From Octopus sinensis (lineage: Eukaryota): a DNA stretch of 64,000 nucleotides. The notes beneath the pieces were generated by a model, which had not been told where the DNA came from, made no database searches, and saw only the letters and a list, made by a program, of their open reading frames with translations. Position 1 is the first letter of the stretch; every line of letters begins with the position of its first letter. The position numbers were made by a program, and so were the translations under genes. Positions 11,988 to 25,591 of the stretch are shown in pieces. The stretch spans positions 56,730,001 to 56,794,000 of the forward strand of contig NC_043001.1 of assembly GCF_006345805.1 (NCBI RefSeq), read 5' to 3'.

Positions 11988-12486
11988 GAATAATAATAAT
12001 AATAAGAAGAAGAATAAGAATAATAATAATAATAATAATAATGGTAATAATAATAATAATAATAATAATGATAATCATAATAATAATAATAATAATAATA
12101 AGAAGAAGAAGAACAACAACAACAGCAGCAGCAGCAGCAACAGCAGTGACACAACACTACAACAAAAAAAGGTGCAGTCACGGCTAGAATGGCTTTGATC
12201 ATGAATTCTATACATTCAGAAACGACTTAGAGTTAAACAACATGATCTACAATAAAACATAGCGTTACAAACACGTAATCGATTAAAACTTCTAAAGCGT
12301 ACAGAAAGACATGCAAACCCACAGGCGCATAACCATTAACACACATCTCTGCATAGATAAAGCCATTCATTCATATATGCGCTACTGCATTGCTTCAATG
12401 AAACAAACACATATACATGCATAGACACATTCATACATATATTCATAATTCATGAACCCAAGTGTGCACGCACATATGGTTACGTA

Positions 12487-12559
<73 letters not shown>

Positions 12560-12605
12560 ATATAAGCATACACACACAGACACACGCACACGCACACACA
12601 CATTC

Positions 12606-12641
<36 letters not shown>

Positions 12642-14015
12642 TTGCACATACACCCACATTCATACAACAATGCATAGAGGTATACACCTACGTACTACTA
12701 CATGTACCCATTCAGTCATTCATACACATCTACATGCCTTCATGCATAAATACACACACACACACACACACACATATGCATGTATACACACACGTATATT
12801 TAAGTCCATACGTACATGCATATACACATCCATCGATACATTCAGGTATAGTTACACACGTACACGTGCGCGCGCATACACACAGGCACGGACACACACA
12901 CTCTCTCTCTTCCCCCCTCTCTCTCTCACACACAAAGCTGTCAAAAATGATATCAGCCTTAAGAATCAGTATTAAAATATAAACAAAGGGGACTAAAATC
13001 TGTCAAAATTGCTCAGTGTCTGTTGTAACTTCGCATGTCATTTTTTTCCCACCTCCCAACTTGTATGTCTATGTTTAAATATAGATAAGAATGTGTGTGT
13101 GTGTGTTTGAGTGCAGTGTTTCAGTCTGTTAGCAAATGTGTTAGGGAACATTTATAAATCCTTTAAAAGAAATCTTGTTGGTCATATTTGGAAACAAAAG
13201 CACCCACCCACCCAAAAATCCAAAAGCAAAACTATTTCCAAAAGCGAGCAAAAAAAAAAATGAAAAACGCCAAAAAACTAAGAAAAGCAAAACCAAAAAA
13301 AAAACTGAAACACAAGGACATTTGTTAAATCTTCGCAAACTAAGCTTCTTTTCTGTGTCTGCATGTGTTTGTTGGAGAGTGTATATTTCAAATAATCAGG
13401 TAACCAGCCCACTAACCAACCAACCAACCAACAAGCAAACCAAACAACCTATGAAACATCCATCAATCCAATAGGCCAGCCCGTTAACCAACCAGCCAGC
13501 CAGCCTGCCAGCCAGCCTGCCAGCCAGCCTGCCAGCCAGCCTGCCAGCCAGCAAGAGATTCAGTCAGCCACCTACACATCCACATCCAGAGACCCACAAG
13601 CTATTTTTTATTCTTCTTATTTATTCCTCTTATTTATCCAACCCACCCAAATCTAACCCACTATTCTATCTTTGACTCTCTCATCTGCCTTCAGTGTCAT
13701 TTGTCAATATTGTTCAGTTCAGAAGCCGTGACAGAGCAAATATAGACAAGAGCTACGCATGAAGTTCTTTAGTGGCACCAAGCAGTTGTTATTTGTACGT
13801 GTTGCTTGACATTGTTGCCGAAACTGATTGGCAGTTCTTTTGCTCTTCAGTAATATTAGCAGCAGCAGCAGCGGCGGCAGCGGGCGGGAGTAGGAGTGAA
13901 ACTGCAGCAGCAGTAATAGTAGTAGCTACACCAGAATTATCATTATAATCAATAGTAGAGGCGGTAGCACCAGTAGTAGTAGCAGTATACTTCTTGTAGT
14001 ATTAGCAGAAATGGT

Positions 14016-14230
14016 AAGGCGGTGAGCTGCCAGAATCGTTAGCACGCCAGACAAAATGCTTAGCGGCATTTCGTCCGTCTTCAGCTTCTGAGTTCAAATT
14101 CCGCCGAGGTCGACACTGATTTTCATCCTTTTGAGATTGATGAAATAAGTAACAACTGAACAGAGAGGTCGATGTAATGGACGTACTCTGTATCCCGAAA
14201 TTGCTAGCCTTGTGCCAAAATTTGAAACCG
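14016..14230 (+). mobile_element. SINE family A
   Basis: aggcggtgagctgccagaatcgttagcacgcc (A box) and gagttcaaattcc (B box). Confidence 0.85.
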
Positions 14231-14578
14231 ATATCAGTTAAAAGGCTGATGTGGCTTTGCTTGTAGTGGTACGAATGCATTCGTCACAATCGATGTACTT
14301 GTTTATCCGTGATCAACAATCATGGGGCTTTTCAGAATTGGTCATCACATCTTTTAATCGAGCACTTCATATAAACCTATATCGAATCATACACGTATTT
14401 TATAAAGTTCATACTTGGGATTTGATGCAGTAATTCACTGCTTTTTCAAGTGTAGTGTTAAAGAGTGGGCGTATTCTATTCTATTGTGGTTATGTGTATT
14501 TAATGGTTCCTTAAACAACTGAATCGGAGAAACATATTGCTTTTAAGGTGCTGTTGTACTATATATATATATATAGAC

Positions 14579-14652
<74 letters not shown>

Positions 14653-14699
14653 AGAAGAAAGTATTGTAGTTCGCTTGAAGCATTGTGTATTGCTTGTAA

Positions 14700-15651
14700 A
14701 GAATAAAATGTTTTGAATGGTACAACAATGGGCTATATACCTGTTGTATAGTCTGATAATATTTCGGAATAAAATTCCTTCTTCAGATATTCTTAGATGA
14801 AGTCGCTGCTATAATCGGTTTTCAAACGGCTTTTCTTTTTTTTTTCTTTTCGGAAGCGTCTCAGCAGTGGTCTCACGAAGCTCCTTCTGGAATTCGCCAT
14901 GAGAAGTGCGTGAGGTCGTGTGTGCTGGTACATCCGTAGCGCTGCTTCTAAGATATGTATTATACAGAATATTCACGGCGTTCAATAACATGGAGATGAT
15001 CCTAAAGTTCACTATAGAACATCCCGACATCACTGGATCACTATAACTACTTGACTTCAAACTGAATATAACGGAAGAAGGGGAGATCCACACCGAGTTC
15101 TACAGGAAAACAGCCAGTAGAGATATGTTTGTCCAAAACAATTCAGCACTTCCACTCGGTGCCAAAATAGGATACGCCACAAATGAACTTGTAGGCATCC
15201 AGGGCAAGTGCAGGAGAACGGAGGACAAGGTGACCAACACTACACGCTTCCTAGATATATTGAAAACCAACGGGTACCCTAGATCCATTGTAAATCGGCT
15301 TAAGTGCCCAAGACGACCAACACGCTGAACACATAGAAACCAGGCAACATATGCTTCCTTAAAATACCCTATTTGGAAGATGGTAATCAATATATTATTT
15401 AGCTATATTATTTAGCTACATCTGGATGCGTGTAGGTTCATTTTTTATAACATGCTCATATATTGCTTATAACAAAGAAAAAGAAGAAAAAAAGAAGGGA
15501 AAAAGGAAGGTGTACGTATAATACATAACTTAGAAGCAGCGCTACGGATGTACCAGCACACACGAGATTGAGACATGGCTGACCTCACGCACTTCAAATA
15601 AGGGATTCCGGAAAGAGCTTCGTGAGACCACTGCTGAGACGCTTCCGGAAA
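14700..15651 (+). mobile_element. 5'-truncated Penelope-like element: inverted pLTR, RT thumb fragment, partial pLTR
   Basis: ~14990-15330 translates LKFTIEHP..LLDFKLN..TEFYRKTASRDMF..NSALP..K...LKTNGYP (PLE RT C-terminus). 14851-14952 is the reverse complement of 15529-15651 apart from indels. Confidence 0.85.
14751..14790 (-). ncRNA. Degenerate minimal type I HHR in the inverted pLTR
   Basis: Minus strand CTGAAGA-A-GGAAT-ttt-ATTCC-GAAA-tatta-TC: intact core and 5-bp stem II, but stem I pairs poorly. Confidence 0.55.
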
Positions 15652-15724
15652 TATAATGTGTATATGTATATATATATGTGTGTATGTATGTATGTATATA
15701 TGTATGTATACATATATATGTGTA

Positions 15725-15767
<43 letters not shown>

Positions 15768-17074
15768 GCGCACGCACACCCACGCACACACCTATCTACT
15801 ACACACAAATATAGATGTACAAGCACACACACACACACATCCATATCGTTAAAATTATAATTATAATCGCATATAAACATTGTAGTATGCTGTGTAAAGC
15901 ACGTCCACTACCTGCTGTCAACATCAGCAGTGATGCATATGTTACACGATCTACTTCTGAAATCCCTTGATGTCCGTGGAGTTTATAGAAAACGATCAGA
16001 GACAGAAAATGAAATTCACGAGGTACTTTATTCGAAACCATTTTAATTGTTTCGTCTCATCCTGCAGCTGTACCCCACGTATCAAGTACTGTACAAACAA
16101 TTATCTTGCATCACAGGTGCAGACTGCGTCTCCTCAGATTACTTTCTAAACAACTACCTTGCTCCTTCTTTCCTCCATTTCACCTAGCTCTTTTAAGATA
16201 TATGCTTATGCAAAGACTAACGATTTTGTAGGTACTTGGTAGTTCGTCATGCAACCATAATATTGTAGCTCTAGAAAGGCATTTAATATGTAAATTGGTA
16301 TATCCATTAACGTAACACCGTGGCTATATGTGTGTGGTGGCTATATAAGCAATGTATTCGGAGGCGAGAATGGGTTAGATGGGTGCTGATGAAGGGGCCA
16401 AAACCGCCGAAGTCTGGCATATACAATCATTTCCCAATTTTGTCTTCGATCCCATTGTTTGTTTATCTCTGACGTCTCGATACGAAACGTTGTAAGAAAA
16501 GTCAGCGCTGGTTATAATTTCCATAGAATATCGGTAGAAATAACCGTAACAAAATACGCCTATGTAGTCAGCTACATTCAAGTAGTTTATATAAGAAACT
16601 GAGAGAAGACAGACTCCTTTTCAAAACAGTAGGACTGTGAAATACACCGATAAAAACATAGATAAATAAAAAATAAAAAAACATGAAGCCTAAATGAAAA
16701 CAAGGAATCGAACCGAACATATGTAAATAGTGCTATTAAAACAAAAAATATTATCAAGTAAATTAAATAAGCAAAAAGATGCATTAAAGGCAATGAAATC
16801 ATTAAGCAAAGAAAGGAGTGTTGCTCAGTCCATTTTATGACAGTTGGAATTCTTCTTGTTGCAGTTAATTTATAAATATAATGCATCCTCTTGTATATCT
16901 AATTTCCTTGTTTATGTCTTTTGCTTTGATTGCACTACTTATTAGGTCCAGTTTGATTTTTGATATCATGTTTCATATTTTTATGCTTTTATTTATTTAT
17001 TACGTTTTTATTTATCTGTTTTGCCTTTCTCTGTTAGCAGTGAGACGTTTTCCTTTTCAGGTTTATCTGTACGT

Positions 17075-17245
17075 GGCGTGGGTGTGCAGTAAGAAGCTTC
17101 CTTCTCAACCACAAGGCTCCTGGTTAAGCCCCACTACGTTGGACCTTAGGCAAGTTTCGTCTGTTATAGCCGCGGTCTGATCAAGACTTTGTAAGTGGAT
17201 TTGGCAGAAGCTTAAAGAAGATTAAAGAAGTCTGTCGTATGTGTG

Positions 17246-17321
<76 letters not shown>

Positions 17322-17600
17322 GTGTGTATGTGTGTGTGTGTGTGTGTGTATTATATGTGTATGTGTGTATGTGTATATCTATATGTGTCTTTGTGTCTGA
17401 GTTTCTCCCCCATCACCGCTTGACAACCGGTGTTGGTGTGTTTATGTCCACATAACATAGCGGTTCGTCTAAAGAAGCTAATAAAATGTACTGGGCTTAA
17501 AATTAAGTCCTGGGGGCGATGTTTTCGAGTAAAATCTTCAAGGCAGTGCCACAACATCATCGCAGTCAAATGACTGAAACAAGTAAAGGATAAATAAATG
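17075..17600 (+). mobile_element. SINE family B, degenerate
   Basis: Head and body match family B, with an internal TA/TG microsatellite. Confidence 0.75.
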
Positions 17601-18353
17601 GTAGATATAACCATAACTAAGTAAGGTACAATATTGCTTTGTAAACCTTTCCTATATTTAGTAGTATATAACAGATGCAAAAGAAAATACTGTGTCCTTG
17701 CTAGCAATTAATATATACGTACCAGTTGTCAGGAGCGCGTTTAATATGTGAATTGTTCTATCCTATAGTGTTACACCACTAAAAATTTGTGGGTATCTAA
17801 GCAACGTGTACGTGGAGAGTAAATGGATTGCATGTAGAACTGACGAAGAAGCAATAACTCATGAAATATGCATATACAACAATTACCTATTCTATCTACG
17901 ATGACATTGTTTCCCTAGATATATTCGCGTACGAAACGTCGTAACTTTCTGAGCTGGTTCAAAAATCTGTAGAGGTTAACTAAACGATATATTAATTGCT
18001 AGTAGAGACATCGTTTATCCTTACGCAAACATAATATACTACTAGCTATATTAAATGATTATAAGTCTATGCTGAGTTTTGCCTATTCAATCACTTTCTA
18101 AATTTATGTGTACGAAGTCTTTATTGAAATCAGAGCCAGTACTGAAGTTACGAAGTTTCACCTACGAACGAGTCTATGTGATCAATGCGATCGAAGTCAG
18201 TATGGTGTCCTACCATTTTACTTAGACTTACTCGCATAAGAAACATAGTAACTTTCCGTACTAGCTCTAATTTGTATTGAAAATCTGTAGAGATAACTTT
18301 AAAATGTGATCACTGTTTGAGTTGCATAATAGTGGTTTTATCTCTAAATCATA

Positions 18354-18417
<64 letters not shown>

Positions 18418-18420
<3 letters not shown>

Positions 18421-18842
18421 GCATATATATATATTCTTTTATTCTTTTACTTATTTCAATCATTTGATTGCGGTCATGCTGGAGCACCGCCTTTAATCGA
18501 GCCAATCGACCCCGGTGCTTATTCTTTGTATGCCTAGTACTTATTCTATCCGTCACTTTTACCGAATCGCTAAGTTACGGAGACGTAACACACCAGCATC
18601 GGTTATCAAGCGATGTTGGTAGTGGGGGGACAAACACAAACACACACACTCTCACATACACACATATATATATATTTATACGACGGGCTTCTTTCAGTTA
18701 CCTTCTACCACTCTACTCTCAAGGCTTTGGTCTGACGGGCTCTATAGAAGAAGACACTTGCCAAAGATGCCAGGCAGTGGGACTGAATCCGGAACAATGT
18801 GGTTGGGAAGCAAGCTTCTTCCCACACAGTCACGTCTTCGCC

Positions 18843-18879
<37 letters not shown>

Positions 18880-19303
18880 CATGCATATATATATATTCTT
18901 TTATTCTTTTACTTATTTCAATCATTTGATTGCGGTCATGCTGGAGCACCGCCTTTAATCGAGCCAATCGACCCCGGTGCTTATTCTTTGTATGCCTAGT
19001 ACTTATTCTATCCGTCACTTTTGCCGAATCGCTAAGTTACGGAGACGTAACACACCAGCATCGGTTATCAAGCGATGTTGGTAGTGGGGGGACAAACACA
19101 AACACACACACTCTCACATACACACATATATATATATTTATACGACGGGCTTCTTTCAGTTACCTTCTACCACTCTACTCTCAAGGCTTTGGTCTGACGG
19201 GCTCTATAGAAGAAGACACTTGCCAAAGATGCCAGGCAGTGGGACTGAATCCGGAACAATGTGGTTGGGAAGCAAGCTTCTTCCCACACAGTCACGTCTT
19301 CGC

Positions 19304-19307
<4 letters not shown>
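18418..19307 (-). repeat. Near-perfect tandem duplication (462-bp period) of a family B SINE with flanking (TA)n
   Basis: The sequence starting at 18418 recurs at 18880 almost identically; ORFs 18468 and 18930 differ by one residue over the shared part. Confidence 0.9.
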
Positions 19308-19349
<42 letters not shown>

Positions 19350-19670
19350 TCTTTTATTATTTTACTTGTTTCCCTTATTTGACTGCGGTCATGCTGGAGC
19401 ACCGCTTTTAATCGAACACATCGACCCCAAGACTTATTCTTTGTAAGCCTAATACTTATTCTATCGGTTTTTTTTGCCGAACCGCTAAGTTATGGGGGTG
19501 TAAACACACCAACATCGGTTGTCAACACAGACACACAAAGGGCTTCTTTCAATTTCTGTCTACCAAATCCACTCACAAGGTTTTGGTCAGTCTGAGGCTA
19601 TAGTAGAAGACAATTTCCCAAAGTGCCACGCAGTGGGACTGAACCCGGAATCATGTGGTTGGGAAGCAAC
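19350..19670 (-). mobile_element. SINE family B
   Basis: Matches the family B consensus; more diverged than the duplicated pair. Confidence 0.8.
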
Positions 19671-20699
19671 AAACAAACACACGGACAGACACACACACAA
19701 ACATATACACACACACACCTGCAAAGAAACACCTTGATACATTAGATACATATATATTCACTCATGCATACTCATATTTATCTATTGAGGTAGATAGGCA
19801 GATAGAAATATGGATAAGTAGATATAAACATACATAAATCTCTATAGATTTAGATGAATGTAAGAAGCTTAACATCATCTCAAGCATCTTTTGATTATCA
19901 ATTACCAATTAGGCTACTTTAAAACACAATGCACTAAACACAATCAAATCCATACCCTCACCACCATCACCATCACTACCACCACTACCACCACCACCAC
20001 CACCACCACCACCACCACCACGCCACTGCTAGCCCCACCAATATCATCAACGAGATTAACAGCAGCAGTAGCAGCAGCGTCGACAACTTCGTTCTAATTA
20101 GTCAGCAAATGATATGCCATCTGTCTAGTCTAGTTAGCAAATGTGTATTTCTTGCAATAACACAATGAAACCCAAAGACAATATAAGCAGAAACAACAAC
20201 AACAACGTTGCCTTCAATAGCTACGCGACTATCATCATCATCATCATCATCATCAATATCGTCAGCCGTAACAGCAGCAGCAGCAATTACAATTAGATCT
20301 CTTTCATTCAGATGTATTTCAGGCAACAACAGTCTCTTCATTTGAATTAAAGAGATTTCCTGAAAGATGTCTGCTCTAGTGTAGATGAATGTAGTAATTG
20401 TATTACAACTGGATTCATTCAAATGAGTTCACATTGTAGATAATTCTTTGATCTTATTAACAGTAACCATTCATGTTGAAGTGATTAGCTGAAATTGATC
20501 ACTTCTCATCGTTCCCACCAACACTCGCGATGTTTACTTTTGTTTACATTGTGAACACACTTTTGCTAAGAATTGTATGTTGCCTTTGTGCATCGTGTAA
20601 ACACGCTTATCTCTCACACTATCATCTCGTAGTACGTTTTCCCATTATATAAATACTTAAAAATATTCAGTTAAAAAATATTTTCTGCGATATTTTTTA

Positions 20700-21640
20700 A
20701 AAGACTATCCATTTAATGAGTGATAAATGCTACCTTGGATATAACGTATCTTTGAAGCATATACAACTATGGGCAGTGATCTAGGATACAGCATAACAAC
20801 TGTATTAAACTGAATTTCTGAGATAAACAATTATGATTATTTTGCACCGAAATATGCAGGCTTATGTCCTCATTTAGGTTGTTGTGGTGGCAACATTTAG
20901 ACCGTTGCTTTATCGGCCTTCTTCACGGGTCAGTCATATTTGCAAACCTCGGTAATTCGACTGAAGCTCCTTATCATATTTAAGTGATAGATGTTCTCTT
21001 TCTGTTGTCTACTCAAGACTAATATTTATCAGGATCGATTCTCATAATTCATGGTCGTGCCATATGTATGAATCTCATTTTTGTCTATTTTGTGGAAAGG
21101 AACTTACTCCTCTCCCTAATGAACGACATAAGTGAGTTTGATTTGATGTAGGTCAAGCACTTTCTTCATCTCTCCCACTTCAAAATGTCAGCCGTTACAT
21201 TTCCCCGTGAATACCTGCATAGAGAATTCTATTATTCTCCACTTGGTTCATTGATATTAAATAAGTGTCATGCATAGAAACCAGAAATATTATGAAGCAG
21301 TGCTCAGTATTCAACGTTTCGACCATGTAGTCTTTCTGCTTTGGTGGGTTCCAATTTGTTCCTGCTCTTTGTGATCCGTATTCAACAACTCTGGAACTAT
21401 GCCGTTCTTTCTCAGTTTGTCGGATTGCGTCTTAGATCATGTCTCTCTTGTACCGTGTGTCTGACTTCTCGTTGGAAATGTATGGTTCCGACTTTTATAT
21501 CCTCATGCATAAGTCCTTGAAGATGACCTCCAATTTAATCATATTGTCTGCCACTGATATATCAGCGTCTCACGTGCGTCTTGATGTAAAACACAGGGAT
21601 TCAGCACTGAGGTAGATGAGGATTCAAGCGATAGCTACAC
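20700..21640 (-). pseudogene. Decayed RTE-like LINE RT/3' fragment
   Basis: Minus-strand fragments resemble RT and RTE 3' coding sequence, with many stops. Confidence 0.4.
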
Positions 21641-21779
21641 TGAACAGAAAGATGAGAGGAAATGGACGTATACATAAATACAATTTTCTCGTGTACAACC
21701 CTACACACAAACAGACACAAACACACACACACGCGAACACATACACACTCACCTCCCCATATATATATATATAATATAT

Positions 21780-21839
<60 letters not shown>

Positions 21840-21878
21840 ATATATAATATATATATATATATTATATATATATATATA

Positions 21879-22496
21879 TACAACCCCAGAAACAAAGAAG
21901 CCTTCACCATCATCACCCATAATTTACCAATACTACATAAGGACCCCAAATTAAAGGAAATTCTAAACATACATAAAATCATTAAAAGCTACAAACAACC
22001 TGAATCACTTAAAACGATTCTCACAAAGGCAAAATTGTTTTCTGAAATTACGGATGCAAATGTAAAAAAATGTGGTAGACCAAACTGCGCAACATGCCCA
22101 AACCTTCTAGAAGGATCACAATTCCTCTTCAAAAAGGGACAAAAATTCAAGATCAAATCTAACTTTACTTGTGCTTCTGAAAACATAATTTATGTCATAA
22201 GATGCTCGGGCTGCCACCAAAACTACGTGGGTTTCACAGGACTATCACTCAGACGTAGATGCACTCTGCATCGACAACAGATTGCATTCCCAGAATACAG
22301 AATGATACCCTTTAGTGAGCATATTGAGAAATGCGCAAAGCAGCTACTACCACAATTTCTAATCTTTCCATTTTATCAATGTGCTATTAGAACACCAACA
22401 CAAATTAGACTAAACAAGGAAACATTCTTCATTGAAAAATATAAGCCCAAACTTAACCATTCTAACATTCTTATACAGAGAAACTCACCCCATTAA
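21879..22496 (+). CDS. 5'-truncated Neptune-like PLE ORF: linker, Cys-rich motif and GIY-YIG endonuclease
   Basis: Open frame YNPRNKEAF...SYKQPESL...CGRPNCATC...FTCASENIIYVIRCSGCHQNYVGFTG.SLRRRCTLH...EHIEKC...KETFFIEKYKPKLN*. It starts directly at a (TA)n tract. Confidence 0.92.
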   Translation, partial: YNPRNKEAFTIITHNLPILHKDPKLKEILNIHKIIKSYKQPESLKTILTKAKLFSEITDANVKKCGRPNCATCPNLLEGSQFLFKKGQKFKIKSNFTCASENIIYVIRCSGCHQNYVGFTGLSLRRRCTLHRQQIAFPEYRMIPFSEHIEKCAKQLLPQFLIFPFYQCAIRTPTQIRLNKETFFIEKYKPKLNHSNILIQRNSPH

Positions 22497-22617
22497 ATAA
22501 AAGGGAAAGGAAATATAAAGCGATTGTCTCCCTTATACCGGAAGAAATCGCTAATTACCTCCCCCTACCTGGAACTCTCCTTTGCACTTCATAACGAAGA
22601 AATAACAAGATGTTTTG

Positions 22618-22654
22618 AGAAATTTGAAAAGTTAACACGAAACCGGTAATTTCT
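22618..22654 (+). ncRNA. Minimal type I hammerhead ribozyme with U3-A8 covariation in the PLE pLTR
   Basis: AGAAAT-TTGAAAA-GT-taac-AC-GAAA-CCGG-T-A-ATTTCT: 6-bp stem I, palindromic stem III (ACCGGT), GUA triplet. Confidence 0.75.
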
Positions 22655-22818
22655 TCAAAGACTATGTCACTGTATGAAAAAAAATTTATAACATTCTCCG
22701 GACATAATGACTCAAATATATATTTTAACCTTTTAAAACAACCCTTCTGTAGTTTTTCACTTTTTACTATTTTCTATATATTCAACCACGTGCTTTCACA
22801 CACCAACTTTCTCAACCT

Positions 22819-22854
<36 letters not shown>

Positions 22855-22889
22855 AACAAGATGCAAGCTGTATTTGATGTCTATTTATA

Positions 22890-23362
22890 AGCTTATACTA
22901 TGGTTCTACTTTCGGCTTCGATAACTAATTTAATGCATAACAGAATCGTTGACATGCCTGCACTAAATGTTTCTTATTCATTTCGGACATGACTTGAACT
23001 TTGGCAGCTTTCAATGAAGCTATGGTATTGTGAGGAGGTCGATTAGTCTCCCTTTCTTCAAAACCCACCACTGGTAGAAGTCCTTGAAATTTAAGCCTGG
23101 GGAGCTTGGAGGCCACAAGTTTGGTGTCATATGACTGTAAAGATTGATTTTCGTCCTCGGCTTACTTGGACTTTCAGAGAAGATGCTTAGTCTTGCTGAA
23201 ACAAGTATGGCCTTCCAGTGCGCATTTCACTCATCCAAGGCTTAACAACTGTCTTTAGTGCCTTAACATATCTAGCAACAGTAATTCTATGACCATTGTG
23301 GAAAGATATGAGGTGGCCTGACATAACATTCATTACTCACCACTCCTAAAACCATCATAATT
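22890..23362 (-). pseudogene. Tc1/mariner transposase fragment (catalytic domain)
   Basis: Minus-strand motifs MMVLGVVSNE, PYLFQQD, WPPSSPGLN and ...ERETNRPPHNTIASLKAA. Confidence 0.8.
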
Positions 23363-23878
23363 GCCAATAATTGCTAATAATATCAATACTTCTTTCCACT
23401 TTTTGCATGCTTTCCTTTTTCTCTGTTGGTGTTTTTTTAATAAAATTCTTTTCCATTCCCTCTTCAACATTAATCTAATAGTTTCAACCACTCTACCTGA
23501 ATCTCTTTCAGCCTATTATCACATTTTAGTTCCCATCGTATGCTCTCCTTCTTCCTTCTATTTTTGCCGTCTTCTTTTAAAAAATTAATATTAATTCATT
23601 TATTCAGGAAGTAAATTTTGTGGGTGGGAGTTCGTATTACCATTACAAACAAACGCAGTATTCCCTTTTACGAATGATTCGCTACACATAAATATAAATG
23701 TATGTCAAAGAGACACGGAAGAAATGTGATTTTAATAGAAATACAATGGCTTGGTAAAGGAAAGATGCAAGTGATCTTACAAATGTGAGAGGTCACTAAC
23801 CAATTTGAATATAACAAGTTATGGAAATGAAAATATGAGAGCAAAAGAAGGAAACTAAAAGAAAGTGTCTGTGTGCAT

Positions 23879-23935
<57 letters not shown>

Positions 23936-24376
23936 AATAGTGAGAGAGAAGTAAGCGAGAGAGTTGACATTTGCAAAGCGAGACTGCTCCTGCTCATATT
24001 TGCAAAACTAGTGATATTTTTCACTTACGAAACAATTGCATTTAAAAGCATATTCAAATTTCTCCTTAACTTATGATTGCCTTCTTGTTTATGCATAGCA
24101 AATCTAATATAATAAATGCGAAAACTAATTTCTGTGTGTCAGTATGTCACACTTTGGCCCCCTTCTCTCACTATTCAATGGCACTTCCTCCTGCTGGGGT
24201 GCGATTAATAGCAGGCACAGAGGCGGTGAGGGTGGTGGCAAAGACAGAGAGAGAGAGAGAGGGGGAGAGGCAGAGAGAGAAAGAAAGAAAATGAGAGGGA
24301 AAGAAAGAGAGACAATAAAATTTAGGGAGAGCTGATGATGTTTTATTAAAAGTTGTAGTGTTGATGGTGCCAATGG

Positions 24377-24485
<109 letters not shown>

Positions 24486-24641
24486 AAGAAGAAGAAGAGA
24501 AGAAGAAGAAGAAGAAAGAGAGAGAGAGAAAGCGAGGAAGGTGTTAAACAACTTTCCTGGACAGAAATTCCTGTGGCCAGCATACTGAACCAACTACTGA
24601 ACATTATCATTTTTGTTTTATATTTTGCTTTCTTTAATACA

Positions 24642-24675
<34 letters not shown>

Positions 24676-24679
24676 CATA

Positions 24680-25360
24680 TTCCAAGTAAGTTTTTATCTT
24701 AATAATTATGATGCGCACTCCTCTATCTCTCTTTCCCTCTCTTGTTCTTCATCCTTTCTGTTTTTCTCTCCCACCCTTCCCTATTCTTCTCCTCTCCCCT
24801 TCATTGTTCCCTCTCTCTTACTCCTCCTCGACTCTCATCACTGACACGTGATCAGAGGGAAACCATCTTTCCGACTGCTATCTTCACCAAGATAAGGCCG
24901 TTTATCCTGTCTCTCTCACAATAAGCTGTCTCCTCAAGCGTTCAAAATAATTTTTCCATCGTCTTGGTTTAACAGCCCTCATCGTTTGTTTTTACTGTGT
25001 TAGTCTCTTTGTTCTGTCTTTTACTGTTTTTAATTTTATTGTTTTTACTGTCTTTTTGTTCGTACTGTCTTTTTGTTCGTACTGTCCTGTTCTTTTTTCC
25101 ATTTTTACCCCACCGCAAAAAATCCCAAATTTTATTTAATTTGCTTTGCGGGAAGGACTGTTTCAATGAAGTCGCGCCTTGTCCTTACCTTCGAAAACGC
25201 GGGGTAGACGAAGCAGGGACAACTGAAGAAGGGGAATATTCCTTGTGTTGTATGTCTTGTACTCTGTTCTTTCGTTGTTTGAAAAATAGTTCGTTTCCAT
25301 GTTTTTGTTTTTATGTTTTCGTTTCACATTGTGTTCAACGTTTTTTTTATGTCCTGTACC
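24680..25360 (+). mobile_element. Single-copy non-coding element with the same architecture as the 775-bp unit
   Basis: Same order of parts: tcttaataatt, CT-rich tract, CACGTG (24845), T-rich tract, permuted HHR motif, tgtgttgtatgtc tail. Confidence 0.55.
25173..25232 (+). ncRNA. Degenerate non-circularly permuted HHR motif
   Basis: CGCG-cc-TTGTCC..CCT-tc-GAAAA-CGCG..GGACAA-CTGAAGA-AGG. The triplet appears mutated (GCC) and there is an extra A after GAAA. Confidence 0.5.
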
Positions 25361-25451
25361 CATATATGCATGTATATATACATATAGATGTAGGTATGTA
25401 CATATATGTATGTATATATGCATATATTTATATATTTTATTATTATTATAG

Positions 25452-25491
<40 letters not shown>

Positions 25492-25501
25492 ATGTGTGTG
25501 T

Positions 25502-25539
<38 letters not shown>

Positions 25540-25591
25540 ATATATATAAAATACACTTTAATTGAAATACAGTTTCCCCCAAATTAGACAC

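Noticed and set aside
17828-17882. HHR-like string CTGACGA...GAAA-TATGCATA-TA
   Set aside because: The core and palindromic stem III are present, but stems I and II do not pair; at best a decayed relic.
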